Assembly (NCBI GenBank): GCA_963707635.1
Contig: OY970173.1
Location: 2,944,001-3,008,000 of the forward strand
Reading direction: 5' to 3'
Source of the DNA: Candidatus Latescibacterota bacterium
GTDB lineage: Bacteria > Krumholzibacteriota > Krumholzibacteriia > WVZY01 > JAKEHA01
DNA: 64,000 bases
This document shows positions 1 to 12,286 of this stretch, piece by piece. Numbering within the stretch: the stretch's first letter is position 1; each line of letters begins with the position of its first letter. The translations under genes and the position numbers were made by a program. Under the pieces are notes generated by a model that did no database searches, had not been told where the DNA came from, and worked only from the letters and a program-made list of their open reading frames with translations.

Positions 1-618
<618 letters not shown>

Positions 619-634
619 CCAGAGAGTCCGAGCC

Positions 635-1546
635 ATGGCAACCCTTCTGGACCTGAAACAGCGGATTCGAGCGGTCGAGAACATCCGCAAGATCACGCGA
701 GCGATGCAGCTGGTGGCGGCGGCGAAGCTCAACCGCGCGCAGACCCGGGCCCACGCGGTGCGCCCGTTCGCCGAGGAGCTGGATCGCGTGCTGGGGGGCC
801 TCGCCGGCGGCGGCGTCGACGAGGCGGCCGACGTCCAGATCGAGTTCACCTTCGCGGACGCCACCCCCCCGGTGCGCACGACGCTGGGTCGCATCTTCTC
901 GCAGCACGACGTGCGCAGGCCCGGTATCGTGCTGGTGACGTCGGACCGCGGGCTGTGCGGGGCGTTCAACACCAACCTGATTCGCGCGGCACAGAACTTC
1001 ATCAAGGAAAATTCCGACAAAGAGTGCAAGCTGGTCGTGATCGGCAAGAAAGGACACGCGTTCTTTCGGCGGCGCCCGACCCCGATTCTCTACCACCGCA
1101 CCGGCATCAGCGACAAACTCGAGCTCGCGGAGATCAAGGAAGTGACCGGCAGGCTCGTCGAGCTCTACCACAGCGACCAGGTGGACGCACTCTACTTCAT
1201 CTACGCCAAGTCGATCCGGGCCGCGCTCTACCGGATCACGACCCAGCGGTTCTTGAGCATTCCGCCGGTCGAGGGCAAGCAGGCCGACGACAACTACCTG
1301 GTCGAACCCGGCCGCAACGAACTCTTCGCCGACCTCATTCCCCTCTTCGCCACGTCGCAGGTGTTCTCGGCGCTGGCAGATTCGTTCGCGTCGGAATACG
1401 GCGCGCGCATGGCGGCGATGCAGCAGGCCACGAAGAACGCGGATGAGCGATTGAACGATCTGGTCATCGACCGCAACCGGCTCCGCCAGGCGACCATTAC
1501 CAAGGAGCTCGCGGAAATCGTCGGCGGCGCCGAGGCGCTGAGATAG
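635..1546 (+). CDS. atpG: F1 ATP synthase subunit gamma
   Basis: KITRAMQLVAAAK, TSDRGLCGAFN, SEYGARMAAM, NRLRQATITKELAEIVGGAEAL; lies between atpA and atpD. Confidence 0.98.
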   Translation: MATLLDLKQRIRAVENIRKITRAMQLVAAAKLNRAQTRAHAVRPFAEELDRVLGGLAGGGVDEAADVQIEFTFADATPPVRTTLGRIFSQHDVRRPGIVLVTSDRGLCGAFNTNLIRAAQNFIKENSDKECKLVVIGKKGHAFFRRRPTPILYHRTGISDKLELAEIKEVTGRLVELYHSDQVDALYFIYAKSIRAALYRITTQRFLSIPPVEGKQADDNYLVEPGRNELFADLIPLFATSQVFSALADSFASEYGARMAAMQQATKNADERLNDLVIDRNRLRQATITKELAEIVGGAEALR

Positions 1547-3025
<1,479 letters not shown>

Positions 3026-3040
3026 CGCCGGGGAACGACC

Positions 3041-3325
3041 ATGGTGACCGCCGCCACCTTCAACTTCAAGATGCTGACGCCGAACCGCACGGTGCTGGAC
3101 GGCGAGGTGGTGTCGATCGTGGTCCCCGGCGGCGCGGGCTATCTCGGTGTGCTCGCGCACCACGCGCCGCTCATCACGACTCTGATCGAGGGCGAGCTGA
3201 CGGTTCGTTTCCAGGACCACCGCGTCGCCCACTACCGCGTCGGGCGCGGCCTGCTCAAGGTCGCCCACAATCAGGCCGTGCTGCTCACCGAGTCGATCGA
3301 GGAATCGCCGGGCGAACGAGCCTGA
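3041..3325 (+). CDS. atpC: F1 ATP synthase subunit epsilon (short form, beta-sandwich only)
   Basis: LTPNR, GYLGVLAHHAPLIT motif; follows atpD; 94 aa. Confidence 0.93.
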   Translation: MVTAATFNFKMLTPNRTVLDGEVVSIVVPGGAGYLGVLAHHAPLITTLIEGELTVRFQDHRVAHYRVGRGLLKVAHNQAVLLTESIEESPGERA

Positions 3326-3332
3326 TCCGGGC

Positions 3333-5090
3333 TCACGCGGACTCGGGCAGGTCGCCCCAGCCGGCGTCACCCCGCCCCTCCGCGGCCGTCGCGCGCGCTC
3401 CCGGGACGGCTCCATCCAACCACATCCTCGTCATTTCGTCGGTCTCGACCGGGATCGCAAACGTGAACGTGCTGCCGCGGCCGCTCTCGCTCTTGACCGA
3501 GATGCGGCCGCCGTGCAGTTCGACGATGTGTTTCGCGATCGCCAGCCCGATTCCGAGGCCTCCCCAGCGCCGCGTCGACGACCCGTCCAGCTGCCGGAAG
3601 GTGTCGAAGATCTTGGCCAGCTGATCCTTCGCGATCCCGGCCCCGGTATCGGCGACCTCGACCACCACGCAGCCATCCTCCCGCCGCGTGCTCAGTTCGA
3701 TTCTCCCGCCACGATCCGTGAACTTGATCGCGTTCTGGACCAGGCAGCTCACCACCTGGCTGATCCGGCGATTGTCGATGTACACCACCGGGATCTCGTA
3801 GCCCGGTTTGAACATCACTTCGATGCCCTTCGACGCCGCCGCTTCCGTCATCTTCGGCCACAGCGCGCGCACGACGTCGTGGATGTGCGATAGGCTGAAG
3901 CTCAGCATCGCACCGGTCATTTCCAGCTTCGACAGGTCCAGCAGGTCGTTGATCAGGCGCAGCAGGTGCTCGCCGTTCTCGGCGATCACGTCCAGGAAGT
4001 GCTTGCGGTCAGCGTCGTCGACCAGCCCGTCGCGCATGGCTTCCGTGTAGGCGATGATGACCGACAGGGGCGTGCGCAGTTCATGGCTGATGTTGGCGAG
4101 AAACTCGGTCTTCATCTGGTCGACTTCGCGCAGGCGCTGGTTGGCGTCCTGCAGGTTCTTGTTCTGCAGAATGATCTGCTGTTCGAGCATCTTGCGCTGG
4201 GAAATGTCGTGGACCAGCACCTGGATGAAGGTGTCGGACTTGATCTCCACCAGGCTCGCGCTGATATCCACGTACATGACGCCGCCGTCGCGCCCCGCCA
4301 TACGGCGGTCCACGAACGAGCGTGATTTCTGGCTCATGATGTTGATGAAGTCGCGGCGGGCCTGGAACTGATCCTCGGCGGGAAACAGGTCGAAGTACGA
4401 CTTGCGCAGCAGCTCCTCCTCGGTCAGCCCGAGCGCCGCGCTGGCCTGGCGATTGACTTCGACAATTCGTCCGCTGCTGCGATCCAGCAAAACGATGATG
4501 TCGCTGGCGTTGCGCTGGAGCGTGCGATACCGTTCTCCGAGGTCCTTCGCCTCGGCGAGCAGCATCGCGTGCTCGATCACGCCGCTGGCGATGTTCGCGC
4601 AGTTCACGAGTTTTTCCAGGTCGGTGTCGTCGAGGGTGTTGGGCGCGTGACATCCGATGTTCAAGGTGCCGATGACCTCGCCGTGCGCGATCAGCGGCGC
4701 CACCATGTCGCAGCCGAGTTTCTCGTCCGTCATCACCTCGAGGAAGCGCCCGTCGTTGGCGACATCGCGGCGCAGCATCGCGCGCCGCTTCAGGAACACC
4801 CATCCCACGACCGACTTCTCGTTCAGCGGGATCACGCGCCCTTCCCCGGCTCTCTCCCCGGCTCCATCGCGCTGGTGGATGTGCCTGAGCACCATCGATT
4901 CGCGGTCGGGAGTGAGCAGGGCCACGCTGGAGCGATCAAACTGGATCAACTGGGATACTTCGCGCGTGATGGCGGCGAGAATGTCGTCGAGGCGCGTATA
5001 CTGCAGGATGGTCCCGGCGATCCGGACCATGGCCAGGAGCTCCGCGTTGAGCCTCGCGGTGGTGGAAACGTTCTCGTGGTTTTTCGGCAT
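3333..5090 (-). CDS. GAF-PAS sensor histidine kinase (HisKA + HATPase_c)
   Basis: FLANISHELRTPL H-box, NAIKFT N-box, DTGAGI and GLGIGL G-boxes; N-terminal GAF- and PAS-like segments; no transmembrane helix seen. Confidence 0.93.
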   Translation of the reverse strand: MPKNHENVSTTARLNAELLAMVRIAGTILQYTRLDDILAAITREVSQLIQFDRSSVALLTPDRESMVLRHIHQRDGAGERAGEGRVIPLNEKSVVGWVFLKRRAMLRRDVANDGRFLEVMTDEKLGCDMVAPLIAHGEVIGTLNIGCHAPNTLDDTDLEKLVNCANIASGVIEHAMLLAEAKDLGERYRTLQRNASDIIVLLDRSSGRIVEVNRQASAALGLTEEELLRKSYFDLFPAEDQFQARRDFINIMSQKSRSFVDRRMAGRDGGVMYVDISASLVEIKSDTFIQVLVHDISQRKMLEQQIILQNKNLQDANQRLREVDQMKTEFLANISHELRTPLSVIIAYTEAMRDGLVDDADRKHFLDVIAENGEHLLRLINDLLDLSKLEMTGAMLSFSLSHIHDVVRALWPKMTEAAASKGIEVMFKPGYEIPVVYIDNRRISQVVSCLVQNAIKFTDRGGRIELSTRREDGCVVVEVADTGAGIAKDQLAKIFDTFRQLDGSSTRRWGGLGIGLAIAKHIVELHGGRISVKSESGRGSTFTFAIPVETDEMTRMWLDGAVPGARATAAEGRGDAGWGDLPESA

Positions 5091-5251
5091 GCTGGATTCG
5101 GAACGAACGCGGCCGTGGACTCCCCCCGGCGCGAAGCCGCGTGCACGAAGCGTTCCAACCCGGTCCGCGCGGGAGCGATTGTCCGCCGTGTAACCGTATG
5201 CTAGACTGGGACTTTACGTGACTGTCCCGTCATCAGCATGAGAACGTCGTC

Positions 5252-7405
5252 ATGACCCGTCGAAACAAGACTGCGCGCCCCGCCGCCACACCCGTCACGG
5301 GCCGCGCCCCGGCGCGCACCGCGTCGAATCTCGACCAGGCTCGTCCGTTTCGCTGGAGCGACGGCCAGGACCGGCTCCACCTCGGCATTGTGCTCGGCGT
5401 GGCGCTCGCGCTGCGGCTCGCGTACTTCTTCCTCAACCAGGCGTTCAACCCCACCTTCCGTTTCCCGATCATGGATTCGCTCTACCACCACGAGTGGGCC
5501 CTCGACCTGGTCGGGGGTGGAACGGCGGGAACGGACGCGTTCTTCCGCGGACCGCTGTACCCGTATTTCCTGGCCCTGCTCTACAAGATGAGCGGCAACA
5601 GCATTGCGTTCGCAATCCTCGTGCAGCACCTGCTCGGCACGCTGACGGCCGGGCTGGTCTATCTCACCGCCCGCCTGCTCTTCTCGCGGACGGTGGCACT
5701 CGTCGCGGGTCTCACCACCGCACTCTACTGGGTGCTCGTCTACATGGAAGGCGACCTGCTGGTCGAGACGACGTTCATTTTTTTCAATTCGCTGAGCCTG
5801 CTCCTGCTCACCATGGGAATGTCCCGGCATCGGATCGGGCTCCTCGCCGCCGGCGGGTTCGCCCTCGGGCTCGCCACCATCACCCGGCCCAGTGTTCTGG
5901 TGTTCGTGCCGGTGATTCCGCTCGCCATCTACCTGACCGCCCGCAAGCGCCCGCCGGAAACGCGCGGGTGGATCTCGCGGTCCATCGTGACCCTGGCGGC
6001 GTGCGCGATTCCGATCATGCCGGTGATGATTCGCAACTACCGCGTCGCCGGGGCAATCGTGCCGGTGGGCACGTCGGGCGGTGTCAACTTTTTCATCGGC
6101 AACAACCCCCTGTCGGACGGGTCGACCGCCATCGTCCCCGGCACGCGCGCGGACTGGTGGGGCGGTTACAACGACGCTATCGCCATCGCGGAGCGCGACC
6201 GGGGCCACAAACTCACGCTGGCGGAAGTGTCGGACTATTACTTCGACCGCGGGTTCGAGTTCATGCGAGCCCGACCGGAGCAGGCGCGCGCGCTGATGCT
6301 CAAGAAACTCCGGATGTTCTGGGGGGCTGGCGAACGCGCAAACGACAAGTTCATCTATTTTTTCTGGCACCTGGTGGGGATGAAGTACGTGTTGCTGCCC
6401 GGATTCTGGCTGGTGGCACCCCTCGGCATGCTCGGCGGAGTGCTGCTCTGGCGCCGGAGGAGCGAACTGGCGATGTTCTACCTGTTCATCGCCCTGTATT
6501 CGATCGGCGTCGTGGCGTTTTTCGTCAACGCGCGGTTCCGGCTGCCCATCATTCCGGTTCTCACGCTGTTCTCGGCGTACGCCAGCGTATACCTGGTCAG
6601 CGCGTTCCGCGAAAAGCGATTCGCGGTGCTCAAGGCGCTGCTGGTTCTGACGGTCGCGGCGGCGTTCGTGAACTCGGACTACATCTACCAGAAACAAATG
6701 CGAGCGTACTCAGACGCGTTTTCGAACTACACCCTCGCCAACGCCTACCTCAAGATGGGGCTCAAGAGCACCGCGCTCACCCACTACGCCCGGGCGGACG
6801 AGATCAACCGCGAGTCTCCCACCGACGCCTATCACTTGATTTCCCGGGACGTGGACTACAACCTGGGCGTGTTGCTCGCGGAACAAGGCCTGTGCTCGCG
6901 GGCGATCGAGGTCCTAGAGCGGGTCGGGGGCAACGACCAGTTCGCGGCGGATGCGCTCGACCGCCTGGGCGATTGCTACCTCAAGCGGCGCGACGTCGAA
7001 AGCGCCCGCCGGGTGTTCGAGAGCTTGCGTCAGGTCTCGCCAGCGGACGAGCGTGGAATCGTCGGCCTCGCGCGCTGCGCGGCCATGACGGGCGACTTCG
7101 CGCAGGCGGAGAAGATGCTCAATGAAATAGTCGATCCATCCAAGGCGGTGTACGCCCCCGCGTATGTGGTGCTTGCGGAGGTGCAGCGCGCGCAGGGGAG
7201 GATCGACGACGCCATCAAGAGCTACACTCACATCGCGCAGCTTACCGGCTACGAGCGGCAGGGATACATGGCGCTGGCTGAGCTCTATCACCAGAAGGGC
7301 GACAACAACGCGGCGCTGAAGGCGGTCGAGCAGGCGCAGATCTACTCGCCGCCCGACGACGCGGCAATCCGGGGCTTGCTGGCCACGATTCGCGCGCGGC
7401 CATGA
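5252..7405 (+). CDS. GT-C fold (ArnT/PMT, GT39/83-like) membrane glycosyltransferase with C-terminal TPR repeats
   Basis: DSLYHHEWA and FRGPLYPYFLA first-loop motifs, many transmembrane helices, ARFRLPIIP, then TPR-like helices (YNLGVLL, LAELYHQKGD). Confidence 0.8.
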   Translation: MTRRNKTARPAATPVTGRAPARTASNLDQARPFRWSDGQDRLHLGIVLGVALALRLAYFFLNQAFNPTFRFPIMDSLYHHEWALDLVGGGTAGTDAFFRGPLYPYFLALLYKMSGNSIAFAILVQHLLGTLTAGLVYLTARLLFSRTVALVAGLTTALYWVLVYMEGDLLVETTFIFFNSLSLLLLTMGMSRHRIGLLAAGGFALGLATITRPSVLVFVPVIPLAIYLTARKRPPETRGWISRSIVTLAACAIPIMPVMIRNYRVAGAIVPVGTSGGVNFFIGNNPLSDGSTAIVPGTRADWWGGYNDAIAIAERDRGHKLTLAEVSDYYFDRGFEFMRARPEQARALMLKKLRMFWGAGERANDKFIYFFWHLVGMKYVLLPGFWLVAPLGMLGGVLLWRRRSELAMFYLFIALYSIGVVAFFVNARFRLPIIPVLTLFSAYASVYLVSAFREKRFAVLKALLVLTVAAAFVNSDYIYQKQMRAYSDAFSNYTLANAYLKMGLKSTALTHYARADEINRESPTDAYHLISRDVDYNLGVLLAEQGLCSRAIEVLERVGGNDQFAADALDRLGDCYLKRRDVESARRVFESLRQVSPADERGIVGLARCAAMTGDFAQAEKMLNEIVDPSKAVYAPAYVVLAEVQRAQGRIDDAIKSYTHIAQLTGYERQGYMALAELYHQKGDNNAALKAVEQAQIYSPPDDAAIRGLLATIRARP

Positions 7406-8367
7406 CGCGCCGGCGCAACGAGCCGCGCACCCGCCGACGCAACCCGCCCCCCTCACCCGTCGCCGTCATCGACATCGGGACCAATTCGACGAAGCTGCTC
7501 GTGGGCCGCGCGCGCGCGCGCCGCGTCGAGACCGTCTACTTCGCCCGCGAAACCACCCGTCTGGGCACGGGACTGGATAAGACAGGCCAGATCAGCGACG
7601 CCGCGACCACCCGCACCATTCGCGTCGTGCGCCGCTTCGCGGCCATCGCACGGCGACTGCACGCGAGTGAGATCACGGCGGTCGGGACGAACGCGTTCCG
7701 CGACGCCGCCAACGGCCGCGCCGTGGCCGCCCGCATCGCGCGTGCAACCGGGGTCCCGGTGCGCGTGCTCTCGGGACGCGAAGAAGCGATCTTCTCTTTC
7801 TATTCCGCGCGCTCGCGACTCGCGCGTCCCCGTGCCTACCTGGTGACGATCGACGTGGGCGGCGGGTCCACCGAGCTGGTGGTGGCGGAGCGCGACCGGG
7901 TGCGCCTGGCGCGCTCGCTCCCGCTCGGAGCCCTGCGGCTCACGGAGCGCCACCTGCACGCCGACCCGATTGCGCCGGAAGAGTACGGCGCGCTGACGCG
8001 GGAGGTCGACGCCGTGATGGTACGCGTGGGCGCGCGCCTCGCTGTGCTCCCGCCGCGAGCGGTCGACCTGGTCGCCTGCGGAGGGTCCGCCACCACGGCG
8101 CTCGACATGGTGCGCGGCCGCCAGCGCACGAGCCGCCGGAGCATGCAGGCCCTCACCCGCGCGCAGGTGCGGCGCCTCGAACAGACCTGCCTGCGCGCCT
8201 CGATCGACCAGCGCCGGCGAATGCCGGGCCTCCCCCCCGACCGCGCCGACATCATTCCGGCCGGAATCGCGGTGCTGGTCGCGTTCATGGTCCGCGCGCG
8301 CAAACGCTCGGTGTGGATCAGCGACGGCGGGATTCGAGAAGGCGTGATCCTGGCTCAGGCGAAGTAA
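7402..8367 (+). CDS. ppx: Ppx/GppA family exopolyphosphatase (short form)
   Basis: IDIGTNS, GTNAFRDA, LSGREEA, DVGGGSTE, RADIIPAG, GIREG; ATGA coupling to the upstream gene. Confidence 0.9.
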   Translation: MTRRRNEPRTRRRNPPPSPVAVIDIGTNSTKLLVGRARARRVETVYFARETTRLGTGLDKTGQISDAATTRTIRVVRRFAAIARRLHASEITAVGTNAFRDAANGRAVAARIARATGVPVRVLSGREEAIFSFYSARSRLARPRAYLVTIDVGGGSTELVVAERDRVRLARSLPLGALRLTERHLHADPIAPEEYGALTREVDAVMVRVGARLAVLPPRAVDLVACGGSATTALDMVRGRQRTSRRSMQALTRAQVRRLEQTCLRASIDQRRRMPGLPPDRADIIPAGIAVLVAFMVRARKRSVWISDGGIREGVILAQAK

Positions 8368-9053
8368 TCGGCGATCGCATCCGCGAATCGAGTCCACGGC
8401 GCGACCGGCGGCGGGGGCGCCGCCAGGATCACGGCCTCCTCGCGCACCGGGTGCGGGAATCGAAGCCTCGCGGCATGCAGCGCGATCGAGCGGTCGGCCA
8501 GCGGCTCGGGCGCCTTGTACTTGACGTCTCCCGCGACCGGATGACCCGCGGCCGACAGCTGCAGCCGGATCTGGTGGTGACGACCGGTGCGAGGGGTGAC
8601 CTCGAGGAGGCTCATTCCGCCCGCGCGCGCCAGCACACGGTACGCGAGTGTGGCCTGCTTCGAACGCGGGGTCGCGGCCGTGACCAGACGCGCCCGCATG
8701 TGCGCGCGTTCGAGATGTCCGTGTAACTCGCCCGTCGCGTCGCCCATCTCTCCCAGCACCACCGCGAGGTACACCTTCTCCACCTCGCGATCGTGAAACG
8801 ACCGCGAGAGGCGGGATGCGGCCTTGGACGTGCGCGCGAACACCATCACGCCCGACACCGGGCGGTCGAGCCGGTGCACGGCACCAAGGAACACGGCGCC
8901 TGGTTTGCGGTAGCGTACTTTCAGGTAGCGCTTCACGAGCTCGAGGGCGGTGGGATCTCCCGTTCGATCCCCCTGGGTCAGAAGTCCCGCCGGCTTGAAG
9001 ACGCCGAGGATATGGTTGTCCTCGTAGAGAATCTCGATCGACGCGTGCGACAC
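8355..9053 (-). CDS. RluA family pseudouridine synthase
   Basis: KPAGL, HRLDRPVSG, TGRHHQIRLQL, GDVKY, LHA motifs. Confidence 0.93.
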   Translation of the reverse strand: MSHASIEILYEDNHILGVFKPAGLLTQGDRTGDPTALELVKRYLKVRYRKPGAVFLGAVHRLDRPVSGVMVFARTSKAASRLSRSFHDREVEKVYLAVVLGEMGDATGELHGHLERAHMRARLVTAATPRSKQATLAYRVLARAGGMSLLEVTPRTGRHHQIRLQLSAAGHPVAGDVKYKAPEPLADRSIALHAARLRFPHPVREEAVILAAPPPPVAPWTRFADAIADYFA

Positions 9054-9109
9054 GGCAACAGCCCCCGGCGGCGAACCAACTCCGCGCTGGAAAGTTCAAC
9101 GGGGCGCGC

Positions 9110-9138
9110 TTGACCCGCGCCACCGCCTCGCCTATACT
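9110..9138 (+). promoter_or_regulatory. sigma70-type promoter upstream of the ABC/arc operon
   Basis: TTGACC-17 nt-TATACT, about 30 nt before the ATG at 9171. Confidence 0.65.
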
Positions 9139-9170
9139 GCCGAGTTCACCCGGTCAGGCAAGTGCGAGTC

Positions 9171-10098
9171 ATGATAGAAGTTACAAATCTAACCAAAAAC
9201 TTCGGGAAAGTCGAGGCGGTACGCGGGGTTTCCTTCTCCGTGCGCCCCGGCGAGGTGTTCGGCCTGCTGGGTCCCAACGGAGCCGGCAAGTCGACGACCA
9301 TCAACATCCTCTGCGGGCTGGTCGCCGCGTCGTCGGGAAGCGCGCGCGTGGGCGGGTTCGACATCGCCGCCGAGCCGACCCGAGGCCAAGCGCATCCTCG
9401 GCGTCGTGCCCCAGCAGTCCGTCGTCATCGAAGAGTTGAGCGCGCAGGCCAACTGCATGTTCTTCGGGTCGCTCTACGGCGTCGATGCGCGCACGCTGCG
9501 CGAACGCACCCGCACGCTGCTCGACTGGATCGAGCTCTCCGACCACGCGCGCAAGCCTGCGAGTGCGCTGTCGGGCGGGATGCTGCGCCGCCTGACGCTG
9601 GTGCTCGGCATCCTGCACGAACCCAGGGCGCTCATCCTGGACGAGCCCACCACCGGTCTCGACCCGCAGACGCGCCTCTTGCTGCTGGAACGGATTCGAG
9701 AAATCGCCTCGCGCGGCACGGCCGTGCTGCTCACCACCCACCACCTCGAGGAGGCGGAGCGTCTGTGCGACCGCATCGCCATCATCGACGAGGGACGCAT
9801 CGTCAAGGAAGGCACGCTGGAAAGCCTCCGCGCCGAGGTCCAGGACGCGCAGCTGTTCAGCCTGCGCGGAGAGTTCTCGCGCGAGCGCCTGCGCGGCGCG
9901 GTCGCGGCCCTCGCGGGCGCCGAAGTCCTCCTCGACGCTCCCGACGAAGTCGTGGTCTCGGTCCCGACCGGGAGCGGCCTCTCGGGCCGCCTGCTCGAAA
10001 TCGCCGCCTCGCTCGACCACGTCCGGGAAGTGACGATAAAGCCGCCTTCGCTCGAGAGCATGTTCATCCGCCTCACGGGCCGTGAGCTCCGGGAATGA
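9171..10098 (+). pseudogene. ABC-2/DrrA-type exporter ATP-binding protein interrupted by a single-base frameshift (true lesion or sequencing error)
   Basis: Walker A GPNGAGKST is in one frame. The Q-loop (GVVPQ), LSGGM, ILDEPT and TTHHLEEAE are in the next frame. Removing one C from CCC at 9379-9381 gives a continuous EPTEAKRILGVVPQ. Confidence 0.85.
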
Positions 10099-10102
10099 CT
10101 CG

Positions 10103-11353
10103 ATGACGCAGTTTCGCGTGGATTCGGAGGTCGGGAAGCTCCGCAAGGTGCTCGTGCACCGTCCCGACTTGAGTCTGCGCCGACTCACCCCGTCCAATCG
10201 CGAGGAGCTGCTGTTCGACGACGTGCTCTGGGTTCGCAAGGCCCGCGGCGAGCACGACAAGTTCGTCGCGCACCTGGAGCGCCGCGGCGTCGAAGTCTTC
10301 TACCTCGACGACATGCTCGCCGAGGTGCTCAAGAATCCCGAGGCGCGCTCATTCGTGATCGACAAGACCGTCACGCGCCTCACCGTCGGCCCGGCGCTGG
10401 TGAAGGACTTTCGCGCCTACCTGTTCGAAATGGACCCGCGCAGTCTCGCGACGATCCTGATCGGCGGCCTGGCGCGCGCGGAGCTCGACGACAGCCTGCT
10501 GCGCAAGCACTCCCTGACCTTGGTCACCATGGAGACCACCGATTTTCTGCTCCCGCCGCTGCCCAACTCGCTGTTCACGCGCGACGCGTCGTCGTGGATC
10601 TACAACGGCGTCTCGCTCAACCCGATGTACTTCGAGGCCCGGCAGCTGGAAGTCGTCCACGTCGCGGCCGTGTACAACTGGCACCCGATGTTCGCCGACG
10701 CCGATTTCGAGTTCTGGTACCCGGACCAGGACGAGCAGGGCCGCTTCGTGCAGGAGGACTGGGGCCGCGCCTCCCTCGAGGGCGGCGACGTGATGCCGAT
10801 CGGCAACAAGGCAGTGCTGGTCGGGATCGGAGAGCGCACCACCGCGCAGATGGTGGAGCGGCTGGCGCAGTCCCTGTTCCGCGCCGGCGCGGCGGACCGG
10901 GTGATCGCCTGCGTGATGTCGAAGGACCGGGCCCACATGCACCTGGACACCATCTTCACCATGGTCGACCGCGACGCCGTCACCGTCTACCCGCGGGTGT
11001 CGGAACGGATCCGCACCTTCAGCCTCCGGCCCGCCGACAAGAGCGGCCAGACGGAGCTCACGGAAGAAAAGAGCTTTCTCGATGCAGTCGCCGACGCGCT
11101 GGGCGTGCCCAAGCTGCGCGTGATCGGAACCGGCGGCGACGAGTACCAGTCGGAGCGCGAGCAATGGGACGACGGCAACAACCTGCTCGCGATCGAGCCG
11201 GGCGTGGTGGTCGCGTACTCGAAGAACGAATACACGAACAAGCGCCTGCGCAAGGCGGGCATCAAGGTCCTGACCATCGACGGTTCGGAACTCGGCCGGG
11301 GCCGCGGCGGCGGCCATTGCATGACGTGCCCGCTGCTGCGCGATTCGATCTGA
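10103..11353 (+). CDS. arcA: Arginine deiminase
   Basis: [62 protein letters not shown]. Confidence 0.97.
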   Translation: MTQFRVDSEVGKLRKVLVHRPDLSLRRLTPSNREELLFDDVLWVRKARGEHDKFVAHLERRGVEVFYLDDMLAEVLKNPEARSFVIDKTVTRLTVGPALVKDFRAYLFEMDPRSLATILIGGLARAELDDSLLRKHSLTLVTMETTDFLLPPLPNSLFTRDASSWIYNGVSLNPMYFEARQLEVVHVAAVYNWHPMFADADFEFWYPDQDEQGRFVQEDWGRASLEGGDVMPIGNKAVLVGIGERTTAQMVERLAQSLFRAGAADRVIACVMSKDRAHMHLDTIFTMVDRDAVTVYPRVSERIRTFSLRPADKSGQTELTEEKSFLDAVADALGVPKLRVIGTGGDEYQSEREQWDDGNNLLAIEPGVVVAYSKNEYTNKRLRKAGIKVLTIDGSELGRGRGGGHCMTCPLLRDSI

Positions 11354-11360
11354 TTGCCGC

Positions 11361-12272
11361 ATGGAACGACAACGCATCGTGATAGCCCTGGGCGGCAACG
11401 CGCTCCTGAAACGCGGCGAGCCGCTCACGGTGGAGAACCAGCGCCGCAACGTGCGCGCGGCGGCACGCGCGATCGCGCCGGTGACCGAGGGCAACGACAT
11501 CGTCATCTCGCATGGCAACGGCCCGCAGGTCGGATTGCTCGCGCTGCAGTCGGCCGCCTCGGGCCAGCACACGCCGCTCGACGTGCTGGGGGCGGAGACC
11601 GAGGGGATGATCGGCTACATGATCGAGCAGGAGCTGGGCAACCTGGTTCCGTTCGAACGTCCGTTCGCGACCATGCTCACCATGGTCGAAGTGGATCCCC
11701 GCGACCCGGCGTTCACGAATCCGACCAAGCCGATCGGTCCGATGTACACCGAGGACGCCGCCCGCAGCCTCGCCGCCGAACGGGGCTGGAACGTCGCGCC
11801 GGATGGCACCGGCTGGCGGCGAGTGGTACCTTCTCCGCTCCCGCGGCGAATCTTCGAGCTGCGTCCGATCCGCTGGTTGCTCGAGAAGAACACGATCGTC
11901 ATCTGCGCCGGCGGGGGAGGCATCCCGACCGTGTACGACTCCGGCGGCAGCCTCGTCGGAGCCGAGGTCGTGATCGACAAGGATCGCGCCAGCGCCGTGC
12001 TCGCGCGCGAGGTGGAGGCCGACCTGCTGGTCATGGCCACGGACGTGGCGGGCGTGTACGCGGACTGGGGAACGTCGAAGCACCGGCTGCTGCAGCGGGC
12101 CACGGCCACCGAGCTGCGCGCGCTGCGTTTCGCATCCGGGTCGATGGGGCCGAAGGTCGACGCCGCGATCGCGTTCGTCGAGGAGACGGGCGGCCGCGCG
12201 GCCATCGGGTCGCTGCAGGAAATCGGGGAGATCGTGGCCGGCCGCGCTGGGACGTCGGTCGTGCGCGGCTAG
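11361..12272 (+). CDS. arcC: Carbamate kinase
   Basis: [47 protein letters not shown]. Confidence 0.97.
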   Translation: MERQRIVIALGGNALLKRGEPLTVENQRRNVRAAARAIAPVTEGNDIVISHGNGPQVGLLALQSAASGQHTPLDVLGAETEGMIGYMIEQELGNLVPFERPFATMLTMVEVDPRDPAFTNPTKPIGPMYTEDAARSLAAERGWNVAPDGTGWRRVVPSPLPRRIFELRPIRWLLEKNTIVICAGGGGIPTVYDSGGSLVGAEVVIDKDRASAVLAREVEADLLVMATDVAGVYADWGTSKHRLLQRATATELRALRFASGSMGPKVDAAIAFVEETGGRAAIGSLQEIGEIVAGRAGTSVVRG

Positions 12273-12286
12273 GCGCGCGGAGAATC

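Noticed and set aside
11354..12286. Apparent 715-aa permease with a long N-terminal extension
   Set aside because: The extension is an off-frame read of arcC. The likely start is the ATG at 12287 with an RBS. The same applies to the extended ORFs for the M28 peptidase, the first DUF4136 protein and the oppC-like gene.
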